Of a DNA stretch of 64,000 nucleotides, positions 1-13,716 are shown piece after piece (position 1 is the first letter of the stretch; each line of letters begins with the position of its first letter). Location: the NCBI GenBank assembly GCA_043228905.1, contig JBHGNT010000003.1, positions 1,860,001-1,924,000 on the forward strand. The letters are read 5' to 3'. A model generated the notes under the pieces. It was not told the DNA's origin, made no database searches, and saw nothing but the letters and a program-made list of their open reading frames with translations. Made by a program: the position numbers and the translations under genes. Source of the DNA: Azolla caroliniana (lineage: Eukaryota; Plantae; Polypodiophyta).

Positions 1-2483
1 GAAAGAAAGGTGTATTAACGTCTTCTAAGGCCAAATTTGGCCCATGAGACAATTGGTTTACAACAATAGAGTATTTATCCAGTCATCATAACTAAAAATA
101 AAATTAAGTAAAAAAAAATAAAAAAAATAGAACTTAAACTAAAAGAGTTCTAGTAGTGTACAATATGTAGTATACTCGAAAGTGACTATACACTAAGCCT
201 AATTTTATTTCCACCCAAGCCTCTCGAAAAGAAGTGGGGGGTCAAAGGGTCTTGATGTGGGTTCCAATGTAGAGAGTGCCCTAGCCATGGCTTCTAGGCG
301 GTGTAGCTCACGTTCCCTTATTTTCAATATTGCGTCCACATCACGTTGAGTTGTTTTGAAACCCGGCACCCGAGGACGTCTGGTTCTTCTCTGGTTTTCT
401 GCCTCATCAATGGAAAGGCCGAGTGGTGCAAGTGTGTCGGCATTCGTTGTCTCCTCAGGTTCCTGAAAAACTGCATTTGTTACATGTTCGTGATCATTAG
501 CAACATTATTGTCAACATTTTGTAATTTATTCTCTCTGTGTTGTTTTAGCTCTAGAATGTATTTGCCTAATTTCTTTATATCTAGAGTATCTAATAGTTT
601 GGGGAGGGTGGGAGACGGACCAAGTATGTCTTGGTATTTTGCCCTTATCTCGGCATAGGTTGGACACTTGCAAGTAAAGTGGTACTCATCCTCTATCTCT
701 ATGTGACATAACCTACATATCCTTTCTTCCCTAGGGACTCCACTAGTACGACCATTTTCAATCTCAAGTTGGTGAGATGATATTCTAAGTTGTCCAATGG
801 CAACCCTTAGTGCATGTGGTAAGAATACATCTAGATATTTTGGCCGTGTGATAAAACCTAACTCAGAGAAGTGCATGAAGTGTTTCTTATAGTACGACAT
901 TTTAGATGGGAGTGGCTCTAGTGGGGTGATCCATTTACACCGAGTGTAAATTTGCCATATTTCTTGGCGTATTACTTTATTGCGGTTCTCATGAGAGATT
1001 AATGTGTTATCACTCGTGTGGTTGTACCTAAGGGGAGGTAGGTTATTAATGTCTAGACCATTCGCAAGAAGCCAACTCACCATCATGCCATACCATGAGC
1101 TAGTATAGCCGGACTCATACAATGATCGAGAGGCCTTAAAGGCTTGATGAGATATTCTATCATGTGGTTGGCTATGTATCCTATCAATGAAGACTACAAG
1201 TTGAAAAAGTGCCTCTACTAGCATTGGGGGTAACGTGAACTCGGCCCTAATAATGTCATGTGGTACAGTCGATTTGCTTCGGAGTTGGCGTGATAGCATC
1301 ATCACCAATGGTCTCTCTAATTGCGTCCACATGAAGGATGGTAATCCTGGAGCCCAAACCGCAGATGCATACATGAGGGAGGGGGTCACTAATGAGTCAA
1401 AGAGCCACCCTTTAGTCCGTGGCTCTTGAAAGTGTGCTTGGTGGCATTGTCTCTCTAGGAGTGAGAGGGATGCATGTCCTCTCGTGAGTCTATCCTTCGC
1501 TGCCTGTGTCATCGAAAATTTACCTGAGCGGGCACTAAAAGTGACTCCGAGATATACGTACGATCCAACCACCTCGACTGGGCTATGGGAGATAGTTAGG
1601 TGACACTTAGCTCTAACTTGGGCCGATGTGTGGAAGATAAGGACTTTCGTTTTCCCTAGATTCACTACCAATCCTCGTTGTACACAAAAGTCATCTAAGG
1701 CATTGAGGTGCCTCTGTAGGTCGTGTTCGGATTCAGAGAGCAAAACTATGTCATCCGCATAGAGCAAGATACGAACCTGCGTATCCCCAAGGACCACTCC
1801 GGTGCCTCCCTCACGAGCAATAAAATCTGTGATCTCATCAATGTAAATCCCAAAAAGCGTCGGTGATAGGGGGCAACCTTGTTTTACACCAATAGTGCTA
1901 GTGAAACGATTGGATAGGCCACTTGGGCATCGGACACACCCGGACACTTGTTCATATAGTGCGTAGATGGCCCATACCATATCATCTGGTATCCTCAAGC
2001 TTTTAAGTCTATCAGACAACCGATCTCTAGGGACTGTGTCAAAGGCTTTGCGGAAGTCCACAAAACAACAATATAATCTCTTCTTGCGAGCCCTAGTTTG
2101 GTCAATTAGGCATCTAAGTGTGAAGATGTGATCAATAGTGGAGAAGGCTCGTCTAAAGCCAACTTGTTCAGGTGCACGAAGGTTTAGGGTCTCCATGTAG
2201 TCGCTAAGCTCTGCTTCCATTACTGCACCATATAACTTAGCAAGGGTATGGCCTATCATAATGGTCCTATATGTATTTGGGTCCATGGGGTCCCCCCCTT
2301 TATGTATGGGGGTCACTGTATTCATAGTCCACTGTGGTGGAAAACCCTCCGCAAGGGCACGATTGAAGATTAGAGTTAGCAAGGGAGCTAGGCACTCTCT
2401 CGCATATATAATGTGTTCTGCTCGCAATCCTGTGTGGTCCATGGACTTCCTATGTTGTAATTTCTTTATGACCTTCATGACCC
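1..2483 (-). mobile_element. 5'-truncated non-LTR retrotransposon (LINE, RTE/RTEX-like), in an intron of the GT90 gene
   Basis: ORF 205..2478 has RT motifs (FVDFRKAFDTV, GVKQGCPLSPTLF, LLYADD, YVYLGV) and a C-terminal CRLC..EDEYHFTCKC motif. No endonuclease domain. The 5' junction abuts (GA)n at 2484-2541; the 3' end is a (CTTT)n-type tail at the window start. Confidence 0.9.
205..2478 (-). CDS. LINE reverse transcriptase ORF, N-terminally truncated, otherwise uninterrupted (757 aa)
   Basis: ORF track; non-LTR RT motifs including YADD. Confidence 0.88.
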   Translation of the reverse strand: MKVIKKLQHRKSMDHTGLRAEHIIYARECLAPLLTLIFNRALAEGFPPQWTMNTVTPIHKGGDPMDPNTYRTIMIGHTLAKLYGAVMEAELSDYMETLNLRAPEQVGFRRAFSTIDHIFTLRCLIDQTRARKKRLYCCFVDFRKAFDTVPRDRLSDRLKSLRIPDDMVWAIYALYEQVSGCVRCPSGLSNRFTSTIGVKQGCPLSPTLFGIYIDEITDFIAREGGTGVVLGDTQVRILLYADDIVLLSESEHDLQRHLNALDDFCVQRGLVVNLGKTKVLIFHTSAQVRAKCHLTISHSPVEVVGSYVYLGVTFSARSGKFSMTQAAKDRLTRGHASLSLLERQCHQAHFQEPRTKGWLFDSLVTPSLMYASAVWAPGLPSFMWTQLERPLVMMLSRQLRSKSTVPHDIIRAEFTLPPMLVEALFQLVVFIDRIHSQPHDRISHQAFKASRSLYESGYTSSWYGMMVSWLLANGLDINNLPPLRYNHTSDNTLISHENRNKVIRQEIWQIYTRCKWITPLEPLPSKMSYYKKHFMHFSELGFITRPKYLDVFLPHALRVAIGQLRISSHQLEIENGRTSGVPREERICRLCHIEIEDEYHFTCKCPTYAEIRAKYQDILGPSPTLPKLLDTLDIKKLGKYILELKQHRENKLQNVDNNVANDHEHVTNAVFQEPEETTNADTLAPLGLSIDEAENQRRTRRPRVPGFKTTQRDVDAILKIRERELHRLEAMARALSTLEPTSRPFDPPLLFERLGWK

Positions 2484-2541
<58 letters not shown>
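2484..2541. repeat. (GA)n microsatellite at the LINE 5' junction
   Basis: Pure AG dinucleotide run. Confidence 0.97.
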
Positions 2542-2543
<2 letters not shown>

Positions 2544-2711
2544 TCAGTTAAATATTTTAGAATTGGGATAAGGAAGTGCAAAATGGATACAAGAACTCGA
2601 GACTTTCAAGTCAATGTAAACATAGGTAATAATTCTCGATACATAAAAAGTAGGAAAAGAGCCATGTTCATCGTCCAAAAGCACATCACATGATTATATA
2701 AAATTAAGCAG

Positions 2712-3707
2712 GTATAAGGTGTATGTGGAAGGAATCGGTTGGTCAGTGAGTCTCAAGTACATCCTTGCATGTGATTCGCCCGTGTTATTAGTCACACCCA
2801 AATATTTGGACTTCTTTACGAGAGGCCTTCTTCCAAGGAGACATTTTTTGTCAATTCCACCAAGCGATTTGTGTCTAACAATTGCTTCTGCTGTACATTG
2901 GGGAAATGACCACATGATTGAGGTAAAGGTTCTTAACTTGTTATTGCTTTTCTTTAATCAACTTCGCATTCTTAAGAAAAAGTTTAGGATGAGTGGAATA
3001 TAGATGTACATGTGTGTGTGTGAATAGTTTCAAACACGAGAAATAGTGCACAATACTATAGAATGCTTGGTAATATCAAGACATAAATAAGACGCAAGTC
3101 CCTTTTTGCATAATGAGAATGTTTGTGCTTTGTGTGTATGCACATCCGGGATGATAAAAATACGTCTTCACTTTTTTTCAATTGGGTGCTTAAATATTTT
3201 GTATAAATCAAAGACAGACAATGATATCGATTTCCACCAATTCCTTGTAATGCAATATCAAGAATGAAGTGACTCAAAGAGTCAAAGTAAACGTAGGTTG
3301 GCCTAGTATTTCGGGGACAAGAATATGTTTGTATTAAAATTGCACATTCCTCAATCCATGCAATATGAACATTGTAAGCGCATGCACACTAACATTTACA
3401 TGTCTTTTTCATGGATATTTTGATTCATTTTTAGGCTATGGAGTTGGGAAAAATGGGAAGTGAGTTTGCAAAGAGGGAACTAAGCATGACACATGTGTAT
3501 GATTACATGCTCCATATTCTTCGAGAATACGCAAAGTTGCAAGATTTCAAGCCTACAATTGGAAGCGATCTTATTGAGCTTTGCCCAGAGACATTCTTGT
3601 GTGCTGCACCACCTCATGAGCGACCATTTCTTGAAGCATCTATGGTGCATGCACCTAGTCAATCTTCGCCATGCATTCTTCCTAGCGGGGACACAAGTTT
3701 TGTATAA
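2712..3707 (+). CDS. Glycosyltransferase family 90 (CAP10/Rumi-like), last two exons 2712-2922 and 3435-3707; 5' exons lie upstream of the window
   Basis: YKVYVEGIGWSVSLKYILACDSP...FFTRGLLP...AVHWGN joins AMELGKMGSEF...VYDYMLHILREYAKLQDFKP. CAG acceptor ends 2711, GT donor 2923, TAG acceptor ends 3434, stop ends 3707. Confidence 0.9.
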
Positions 3708-4899
3708 TTCAACTTATTTTTTCATTAGTTCTTCCCATGATGTGTATATAATGTCATTACTAGTTCTTGTTGTCGGCCTCTTAATTCCCATTAGAATTAC
3801 ACAATAATCAACACTTCATTAACACAATTAATTGATATTGCATTAGTTGTAAAAAGAGAGAGTAACGTAGATACTTGATTGTGTAGATTCTTAGTGATTA
3901 CATAGTGGAATGAATGCATTGAATACTATCTACTAAGAATACACTACTATAGTAATGGCTAACTAAAATAATGATTAGCATATAATAATTGACTAGCCTA
4001 GTTACAACTTCTAATGACAACTTCACACACTTGTGTCATGCCCGTCAAAGGCCATTTTGCCCATCAAAACACACACCCAATAAAAATGTCCGTCAAGTGA
4101 CATATAAACTTATAATTTTCATTTTTCATGTGAAAGGCGCCCAAAATTTATACAAGTCAAATGACATCCTAAAAATTTATTTTCCATGTCATATATATAT
4201 GACATTGTATAATGTCATAATACATATTATATATAGTATATTTAATATTGTAATATGTACTATGTTACATGTATATTGTAGGTTGTAGTATATGTACATA
4301 CTATAAAATGTACATACATGATACTACAAAGACATATACTATTATAATGTACATTGTAGTATGTACATTTTATAATAGTATTATAGTATAATTGTATATG
4401 TATTATGTATAATGTATAATGTCAGTTGTGAGTCGTGACTAATAACTATGCTTTCAATGTTTCATTTCAAAATTCCTGAATCCCCCCTCTTTCTCTTTTC
4501 CCACTCTTTTCTCTTGTCCCCCTATTTTCTCTTTTCTTGCTTTCCTTCTTCCTGCTCCTTCTCGCTTCCTACTCCCTGTTCCTTGGTTGTTGCCCATTGC
4601 TCCTAGCACGCTCACTACTCGTTGCTCCTTGTTGCTTCTCGGTGATTGCACATCTGCTATTTGCCACCACTCTGAGGTATGTATTTGTCTTTTTTTTTTC
4701 TATTTCTCTCTATTTTCTCGCTCGAATGCATTCCTCGCTTATTTGACTCGGGTTTGATCCCCACTTATTTGAGGGGTGGCCATAGTCATGGGGGTCATCA
4801 TGGGCGGCAATAATATGACAAATCAATCAATCTGTCTCTCCTCCTGCCCTCCCCTATTCTTGTCTTAACAAACGGTGAGAGATCACAAATTATTACTAG

Positions 4900-5620
4900 A
4901 AACTAATCTCATGTTTGGACGTATTTTGTGCTTGGGCATTGGCCAACCCCCCCAATAATTCTCTTAATGTCGAGTATAAATGTAGCTGGAATAACACTTA
5001 AATTTAGATCTATGACTGGTTGATCTCCATTTCATATGACCTCTCGTAGAGTAAAACATGGTCTCACGTTCTGCATTGAGGATACAATCTCATGCTGTCA
5101 TCCTTACTTTCGATATTTTCTTGGAATAACCCCTTTGAAGTTCGCACCACTTGATTGGCTTTCTTCCCGTTTCTAGATGTACTGGGGTTGTGCTCTTAAC
5201 CCCCTAAATGAAGGTAGTGAAATCTCTTTTATACTTTCATTGTTTCATTCCACGAGCTTGCTGAAATGCTTCCTCCCATACCTTTTTTGTAAAGCAGAAT
5301 TTGTGTGATGTATGCATACGAATGACATTGTTGTAATCTCCCATCTTTGGGTTGTGCTCAAGTGCCACATGCTCTCAAATTCATAGTATGAATTTGTGTG
5401 GTTTCATTCACCATGTATTCCAAGTGTGCTGACTAGGTATGGCAACACTGAGGTGTTTGAAACTGTGAACCACTTCAATTGCCTCCTCTTCATGATACTC
5501 TACAGGCTACTGACTTTCAGATTAGACATTTCTTCATAGTCTTGCAATTCGAGAACCAAAAGTGTTTCTGTGTAGACTTCTATACCATGGAACTTCGGAG
5601 GCACAAATAGTGCAACAACT
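4900..5620 (-). pseudogene. Heavily degraded LINE RT C-terminal fragment
   Basis: Minus-strand remnants such as IEVVHSFKHLSV (cf. VEVVGSYVYLGV in the LINE at 205-2478); many stops. Confidence 0.45.
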
Positions 5621-6052
5621 CCCCACACCCATCCTAAGAACTCTTACCGTAACTTTGGATTTTCATGTGCGTGTAAGCTAATGTGAGCCTTCATCTTTCT
5701 TCGTTTTTTTTTTGATAGATTGGAAGATCTAGAGTGGAAACTATCCTTTATTGCCCATCTCATCTTTGTTTTTTTTCTTCGTTTGTGAATTCTCTCAGTT
5801 TCAAGAGTATGTCCTGCCCCAAAAAACATAGATCACACCAACCTTCTATTAAGAGTGTGTTTTGCAAGAAAGCATATCTTAATGATACTCCAAATAATGA
5901 TGAAGAGGTTGTCACAAATGTAAATGTGTCAACATCTTCTTCTAATAAAACAAAAAGAAAGTGGAGAAACTAGTGGACTTTGCTCCACCCATGGGCATAT
6001 TTAACAAAGTCCTTATTAGGTGATGAAAAAATAAAATGTATGTGGTGTGAAG

Positions 6053-6485
6053 TGTTACCGGCCGGCAAAGGAGTCCAGAGTGTGAAACGGAGGAGTTAAT
6101 TAATTATTAGGAATGGTTGTAAGTAAGCTATTAGTGTGGACGGACGGACTGGATTCGGTATGCCGTTCCGGATCCGGACCGATCTCGAACAGGTGCGGAT
6201 GGCACCGTTTTGTACTACGGACCGGAAACCTATTTAAAGGCCCGGATACAATGTAATGAGGAGTGGATAATTAATAAAGATTAGTGTTTTTATCTCTCTA
6301 TGTTAATTGCCGTTCTGCATTCATTGTTATATCTTACGCGTGTGATTATTAAGGACAATCTTGCTAAGTAACCTAATTAAGTCGGATTAAGCGTTGAGTC
6401 TAATCCTCTTGCCGTAACACCCTTTGGTGAAGTGTCTTCCATAGACACCCTGTGTTAGGCCATTGCCCGGCCCTAAGAGTTAACA
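6053..6485 (+). repeat. 5' LTR (433 bp)
   Basis: TGTTACCGG...GTTAACA; about 15 substitutions versus the 3' LTR by manual comparison (~96.5% identity); TATA-like CTATTTAAAG near 6230. Confidence 0.97.
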
Positions 6486-6492
6486 TAGTTTT

Positions 6493-6502
6493 TGGCGACC
6501 AC
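6493..6502 (+). promoter_or_regulatory. Primer-binding site, probably tRNA-Arg
   Basis: TGGCGACCAC just inside the 5' LTR, complementary to a ...GTGGTCG-CCA tRNA 3' end. The tRNA identity is from memory. Confidence 0.6.
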
Positions 6503-9500
6503 GATTCCTGTTTTTGCAGCGAACGATGACACGAATGGATGACTAGATCAACGCACGACTTGGTTACAGATCGAACTCGACGCCTTGCCGAAAGGCAAAT
6601 GAGACGTGAGGCTTTCCAGCAAACGGTGCAGGAAATTAGAGCGGAATCGCTCGTTTTCCAACGTAATCCGGAGAGTAGCGGAGGAGTCCCTCTGGTTACA
6701 GCAAACATCGCACCCGGACGACGGCAGTAGCCTAAGCAGCCTCTGGGAAACCGAATCCCTTCTCCAGGCGTTGGCAAGTGGAGAAGGCGAAGCAGAAGCC
6801 TTTTCAGTGTATGAATTGGATTCCTGAGGGGAATACAGCGTGCACACGAACTACTGTAGCAGCAACGAAACCCCGGGCGGACCGGAGGACGAAGGATCAG
6901 ACACCTTACCGACATCGGAACCGGAAGTGCTAAGGCTGGAACCTCCGGAACCAGCAGAGGAAGAGCGACCTCCAACACCGGAAGTCGAGGAGGAGAGGCC
7001 TCCATCACCAAAAGAAGAGGAAAGACCACCGACGCCGGAAACAAATCAGGAAAGACCACCGACGCCGGAGAAAAACCAGGAACGACCACCAACACCGCCA
7101 GCCCGCGCATCGATACCGGACGAGGATATGTCGTTCCAGTACTCCAAGTATAGAGATGATCCGGACGCGGAAGCCCATGTTCACGCCTTCGAACAGACAT
7201 GGGAAGCAAACCATGTGTCCCAACGATTGACCCCGGAAGAAGAGGAACGCTCTAAGATAGTAGAATTTGGTGTCACATTGGAGGGACTGGCAGCGAGATG
7301 GCGTCGGACGCAAGACCCGTCTACCATCACCACCTTCGCAGATTTAAAAGCTAAATTCTTGCATTTTTTCCAAAAGGAGGTGGACCAGACAGTAATGGTG
7401 GGCTTATTTTATACCATCCGACAGGAGGCAGGGGAGAGCATTCCCCAGTTTGTCATCCGGTTTCAACGGATGCATAGTCAGCTTGCCCGCGCACCCCCGG
7501 AGGAGGAATTACGGACTATATTCCTAAATGCGCTCCGGGAACCCCTACGCACGGTTTGCACGGTAATTGACTTCCGCGCAAGTACCATCGACCATGTCAT
7601 CGACCGGGTTAGAGAGATGGAAAAGACAAGCTCCTGGTTCACACTGGGAGCACTCAAACGGGCGTTACCGTCTGATGAAGACCTCCGGTTTCGGCAAGCA
7701 ATACAGTGCACAACCTGCTTGAATTCCGGAAACTCGGCACTAGAATGCACTATGAGGACGCAATGTGTAATCTGTCAATCCAAGGGCCATACGACGGATA
7801 GGTGCGAGTATAATCTATTGAACCGGCAAGCACCGCCCGTCCGACAAATAGAGCCACCCAGCAGCCGGGATGAAGAAGAGGAATGCTGGCGGCGAATGGA
7901 CCGCGACCGACTGGCACAGGATGTCCGGTATGGCGATCGACGGGAGAATGATGTCTGGTACAGTGATCAACGGGATAACTACGACCGGCATGATAGATAT
8001 GATCGGTACCGGGATTACAATAGACGATACGAACATTACGATCGGGAGCACTCCCCCGGGTATCGTCAGCAACGGGAGGAATACGGTAGATATAACGACC
8101 AACCTCGTCAATATTACCGCAATAAGAAGAACTATAACAAAAAACGGCATTTCAAAAAAGGCGGCTACCCACGGGATTCGGAACAAGGAGCTTCAAGCAG
8201 CCAACCGGCCCAAAACACCGCGCTTACCACGGGACCTGCCTCGGGTACAACAGACAATGCCGAACCCAACAATACCGGGAAAGCCTACTGCTACTACTGC
8301 CGACAGGAAGGCTATTATAGTAATCAATGCTCGGCGAAGATCTATGACAAACGACCGGCAGTAAATATGGTAGTCCCTGAAGTGGCAGATCTGCAACAGG
8401 TGACCACAAGGTCGAAGGGCATGGCCAAGGAATGGGAGACGCAGGAGACCATCTGGAAGCAAGCAACGGAATGGGTGAAGAAAGCAAACAAGCAAAATGT
8501 CACAGACTTACAGTGGCAAAAGGAGAACACTGTAGGGCTTGTCGGCGGTAGTCATCCCGAGAACGAAACATGGGAGGCGTTGCAAGAATGCCAGATTACG
8601 CTGCCACTAGGAAGACTCCTATAGCTCGTGCCGAGATTCACGGAAGGACTGAAGACAGCCATGACAGAAGGAGAATCATCACCGGCACCGGTACTCTTCT
8701 CGAATCCGGAGGAGGGACCAACAATGGTGGACACCAATAGCCCGGTAATTACTGCCATTGTAAAAGGGAAAGAACACCCCGACACAATAACAGACGGAGG
8801 CTCCGGGGTGAATGTAATAAGCCTCCGGACGTGTGATGCCCTGTGAATCCACGAGTGGGAGCCGTGTCCGTTCTGGTTACGGATGGCCGATACAAGCTCA
8901 TTACGGCCGACAGGATTAATACGAAAATTAGAAGTCACCGTTGGCGGTCATACATTTCACATCTCGGCAGTAGTGCTCCAATTACAGGCACAAGGCGCAT
9001 ACCCGCTATTGCTGGGGCGGCCGTGGTTGAAAACGACACATATCAAACAGAATTGGAGGAAAAATATAATTACCTTCCGGCGAGGAAAAGCCAAGGTACG
9101 GGTACCAACACAACCAAGGACGAGCACTGGCAAGGAATGTACACTGTTGTATGCAGAGTGCGTCAACATGCTAGAAGGGTTAGTTGACAAAGAAGAAGCT
9201 TTGTACTTGCAGGAAAACCCGAAGATCGTACCCCTCTTTGAAATTGACATTGCCGAAGTAGTAGCACCATACTTACCGCAGCCGGAAGAGACTAAAGCAG
9301 AACCGGATAAAGCCGCAATCTGAGAGTTACGGCAAGCGCATGAAGCGTTGGAACGGGAAATGGCCGTTTCACAGCGCGTAAAAGCGTCGCAACTTGAAGA
9401 GGTGAACCTAGGGACCACAGACGAAGCAAAACCGGTGCACATCGCCAAGGAGATGAAGTCCGAAGACAAAACGGCAATGATCACACTTCTCATGGAATTT

Positions 9501-10026
9501 CGCGACGTGTTTGCCTGGTCATACGAAGACATGCGAGGGCTCGACCCTCAGTTATACTAGCATCAGATTCACTTGAGCAAGGACGCAAAACCAGTGGCAC
9601 AAAGACGGTACCGGATGAATCCCCATTATGCCGCCAAAGTCAAGGAGGAAATCGACAAACTGTTAAGAAACACGTTCGCGTTCACAAGTGGAAGGATCGC
9701 GCATAAATGGAAGGATAAGGGAAATTTTAGGGGTATTTCAATGATTTTACAAAACACATTGATACCAGTATCATACATGTTCAAACATACTATGAAAAAG
9801 GTTAAAAATCCACTATTTTCGTGATTTAGAAGTTACTAAAAAAAGACGAATTTCAAAAAGATACATTCTCAATTTATATCACAAACTTTACAAACAATGT
9901 TATTTTATAAGAAACGATTTTTTAGAAATCATAAGAATTCAAAACACATGCTTTTATATTACTCGATTTGTTACAAGCGGAATGTAGTTACACTTAATAG
10001 CCAAATATACATTCATGATCACTCCT

Positions 10027-12797
10027 TTACGGAGAATCACTACTATAACTAATATACAATGATGATTCCTCCTCATCATCCTCGGATGTACCAATCAGTG
10101 CATTATCTTCGTCGTAAACCAAATGGTTTGACTCTAGATTATATGTAGCAGATCTCGTTTGCCTTTGACTCGAGCCACCTTGTAGACTTGGTAATTTTTC
10201 TTTTATTATATCTATTGTTGACTTCCTTAATCGTCCGGCTTTTGTAAGTGTGAAGTCGTACACGATGATATCCACATCAGAGATATCAAGGGTCGAGGTG
10301 TTACGAATGTTTCGCTTCCTCTTCCTACCTCCCCTTCTTGTTGGGCATTCAATCATCTCCAATGTATACTTACCTGTAAAAGCATTTGCACTTCTAGTGT
10401 TGTACCAATGAACATTTATAGACTTGATCGTGTTTTCTATTTCATGCATTAGCACTTCTAGAATTTTACCAACCCAAAATTGGTGGCCATGTGAGTTCTC
10501 ATCAGCCGGCGTTGCAATCAACATCCCCGCGGTGAGCTCTTGCAAATTGCCTTGCCATCTAGCTTCGGCTGCTTTGGTCATCCTTGGTCCCACATAAATG
10601 TCTCTTTGTTGTGGATGGACCAAGCTGTCATTAATCACATTTACTAGTTGCTCCGGAGTTCTATTTACGCGATCATGTTGCAGCGACCATGTGAATGGCG
10701 TTTCCAAATTCCAATTATCAACAGATACACAATTGTCTATAATGTCTTTCTGATCACTATAAAATACATCCCACCATGACGTGTCTTGTTGTGCGGCATA
10801 TTTCTTGGCGGCCTCAATATGCTTTCTTTTTTCTTCTAAGGCTTGGAGCCATGACCGTTTTTGTTCTGATACCAAGTCGCTCTGCAACTGTCCTTTCTTC
10901 TCAATTGGCATTTGCTTAGCTCCATGGACAATTGTACTCGGCATACAAAGTAATAACTGGCAACCACCTTCAGGTTCCCATGTTGTAGAAGATGAATATT
11001 GTTTAGCATACAAAAGTGTAGAACCACTTATCCATTTTTCTTTATCATAAAAATGTGATTGAAACTGATATATTGTTTAACTGAGCAAGCACTTTAACAT
11101 TCCCACCACCCCCATCTAATATATATCTCTTAAAGTCATATACCTCCTTCAAGTGTAACACTTTTGGGCATGGTGTATAAGCATCACAAATAGTTTAGGT
11201 AAAGTGAAAGCATCATGCCGAGACAACTGTCTGGAGAATGTGCTAAACATCTTATCTATATGGTCATGTGTGTGGCCAACCAAAAGGAAATTGACTTTCA
11301 CTTTCCTAAACAATTCTAGGTTGACCAACATACTTAGATAGCCAAATACAATTGAATTTTTGTTCTCTCTAGCAGTATTGTCCAATTGAATGTATAGAAC
11401 AGGGGGGAAAGGTTGGCCCCAAGACATCAAAACTCGGTGAATCACTGTAACTGTTCGGTTAGGGTCATTGTGAACATTGGGGTAAGTAATGAAGACGTGA
11501 GGTCGAACAAACCTATTATAAGCCAAGCATCCCACCAAGTGCATTTGAACAAGGCACTCATCATTGACATCTTTGGGGAGCCTCCGCATATGCGGCAAGC
11601 ACGTCTTCTTCTAGTCCATGCCATCTATCATTAAGCACATGTATTGTTCGGGCCTCTTCAAACACTTCTCTCTATGATGCATCACCTTCTTTCGTTCTAA
11701 GGATTGTGCCTCACGATGCTCTTGTAGTAACTTCTTACTCGTATCCTTTTCCATTGATGTCTTTGCACCTTTAGCCAAACTTTTAAGATTTGCACAAATG
11801 GAGCAATACCCCATACGTACTTTACGAGGAATAATAACATTTGAAAACCGAGCTCTCCATAATCTTGTGAATTGGCTATAGGTGATAGACTTATTACGTG
11901 AGCCCAACATATCAGATCGATAAACATCATAAACTTCCCGACGTGTATAATTATCAGAAAGATGCATCCTACCTGTAGTGGGCATTACTTCACAATTTAA
12001 CTGAAAGTAAGTTTTCATCCAACCAATAGCATGTCTTCCAATTGCACCTTTCATACTTGGAACCTCTTTACAATTGAGCATCTGATCCCCGCTAAGTAGA
12101 CGTTGTTGTACTCTATGTAGCCGCATGTTACTAACACATAACGCAATTTTGAATGCAACTCTACATATCTGTTGCGCATGGAAGATATAATACTCGAATG
12201 ATACTTTGATCCCCGTACATTTGTCAGATACTAGTTGCATATGTGACCCGAGGTAAGTGTCTTGCTCATCACCGGTCATCGAAAAATAGTATCGCCTTAA
12301 TTCTCGCAACTTTGATTTTCCAATCATAGACATACAACCACTGGCACAACATATTTTTTTGACATCAAATCCAATCTGTTTATCTGATGTGACCAAGCTA
12401 AATCTAGCCAGACGAATTCTTCGTGGGATTCTTCTAATATGCATAGGGCTCCCAGATTTCTCTTCCTGCATAGAGGTTGGTGTAACCTTGTTACAATCTA
12501 ATTCTCTGTTGTGACCATCGCCAATGTATTCAATGTTTCCTGGGCACTACCTTCATTCTCCGTATCTTTATTAATATCGTATTCTTCAATAGAGAACTCT
12601 TCACATGTGTCATTATTTACATTCCCTATAGATGAGCTCAGACAATATTCTTCGATAGAATATGGTGAGTCGTTCGACAGACAATATTCTTCAATCGAAT
12701 ATGGTGACTCTGTTGACAAACAATACTCTTCAGTAGAAAATGATGAGTCTGATGACAAACAATATTCTTCAATCGAGAACGGTGAATCTTCACTCAT
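10027..12797 (-). pseudogene. DDD/E transposase-like pseudogene (pieces 12498-12797, 11611-12471, 11149-11610, 10027-11013)
   Basis: ICRVAFKIAL, CSICANLK, IDGMD*KKTCLP (in-frame stop), LYIQLDNTARENKN, FLLVGHTHDHIDKMFS; C-terminal FWVGKI...VHWY domain. The motif layout resembles Sola-type transposases. Confidence 0.75.
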
Positions 12798-13716
12798 GGC
12801 TTAAGGTCTAGATAGGGCTCTGTAAGTTATGTGCTTAGGGTAAGGAAAAAAACTAATAAGCTCCTCTCTAAACATAAACTTATCTATAAACAAAAGCCAA
12901 ATCAATAGAATGTCTATATTATGTAATATTCTATTAATACAATACATCAAAAATTTATTTTTAATAAAGTAATTGTACTTAAAATATCAAATATTATATA
13001 AACTACGTCTATATGAAGTTAAATCAAGTATAATATAAATCTAATCATTAACAAGCCATGAATATGTTGGTTTGATGTTAAAATCATTGGCTAATTAATG
13101 GCACCCATTTTGATATAGAACGTCTCACTCATTGGTTCTTTAATGCAAACCATTTTAAATATTAGACTTATCAATCATTGGTTAATTCATGCCAACATCT
13201 GTAATACACAGCATTTGAGAGTCATAAAAATTGTTGCTTTTAGTAATCAATCATTGGTACATTCATGAACCTCTATCATTGTCTCCTTCATGACCTTTGA
13301 AGTCATTGCAGGTTGTTATGACTATAAAAGATTGATCAATATGTTAGTTTGACTTTGTAATCATTAATGCAATCATAAGTTACTCTAGTTAATGTGACTG
13401 TGGTTACCAACTAACTATCCTCAAACTTACCAACCTTGGTTAAGGTGACTATGGTTACTTTAATCAATGTGGTCAATCCCTATAAATAGGAAGACCTCGT
13501 CATATTTCACTCACAAGAGCATACAGAGCGTACAGAGAACACAGAACGTACAGAGCACACAAAGCACACAGAGCACACAGAGCACAAAGCACCAAAGCGC
13601 GATCTCCGCCTCCACTGCCACACGATCAACCATGTCTTCAAAGAGAATCGAGCGCGAGGACTCCAGGTAGGCCTCTGACACTGTGGACATTTTTGTAAAT
13701 ATGTTTCGTCGCTCAA

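Noticed and set aside
6400-7209. 269-aa antisense ORF and other antisense/overlapping ORFs across the Gypsy element
   Set aside because: Shadow frames of GC-rich gag/pol and repeat-coding sequence with no recognisable motifs.
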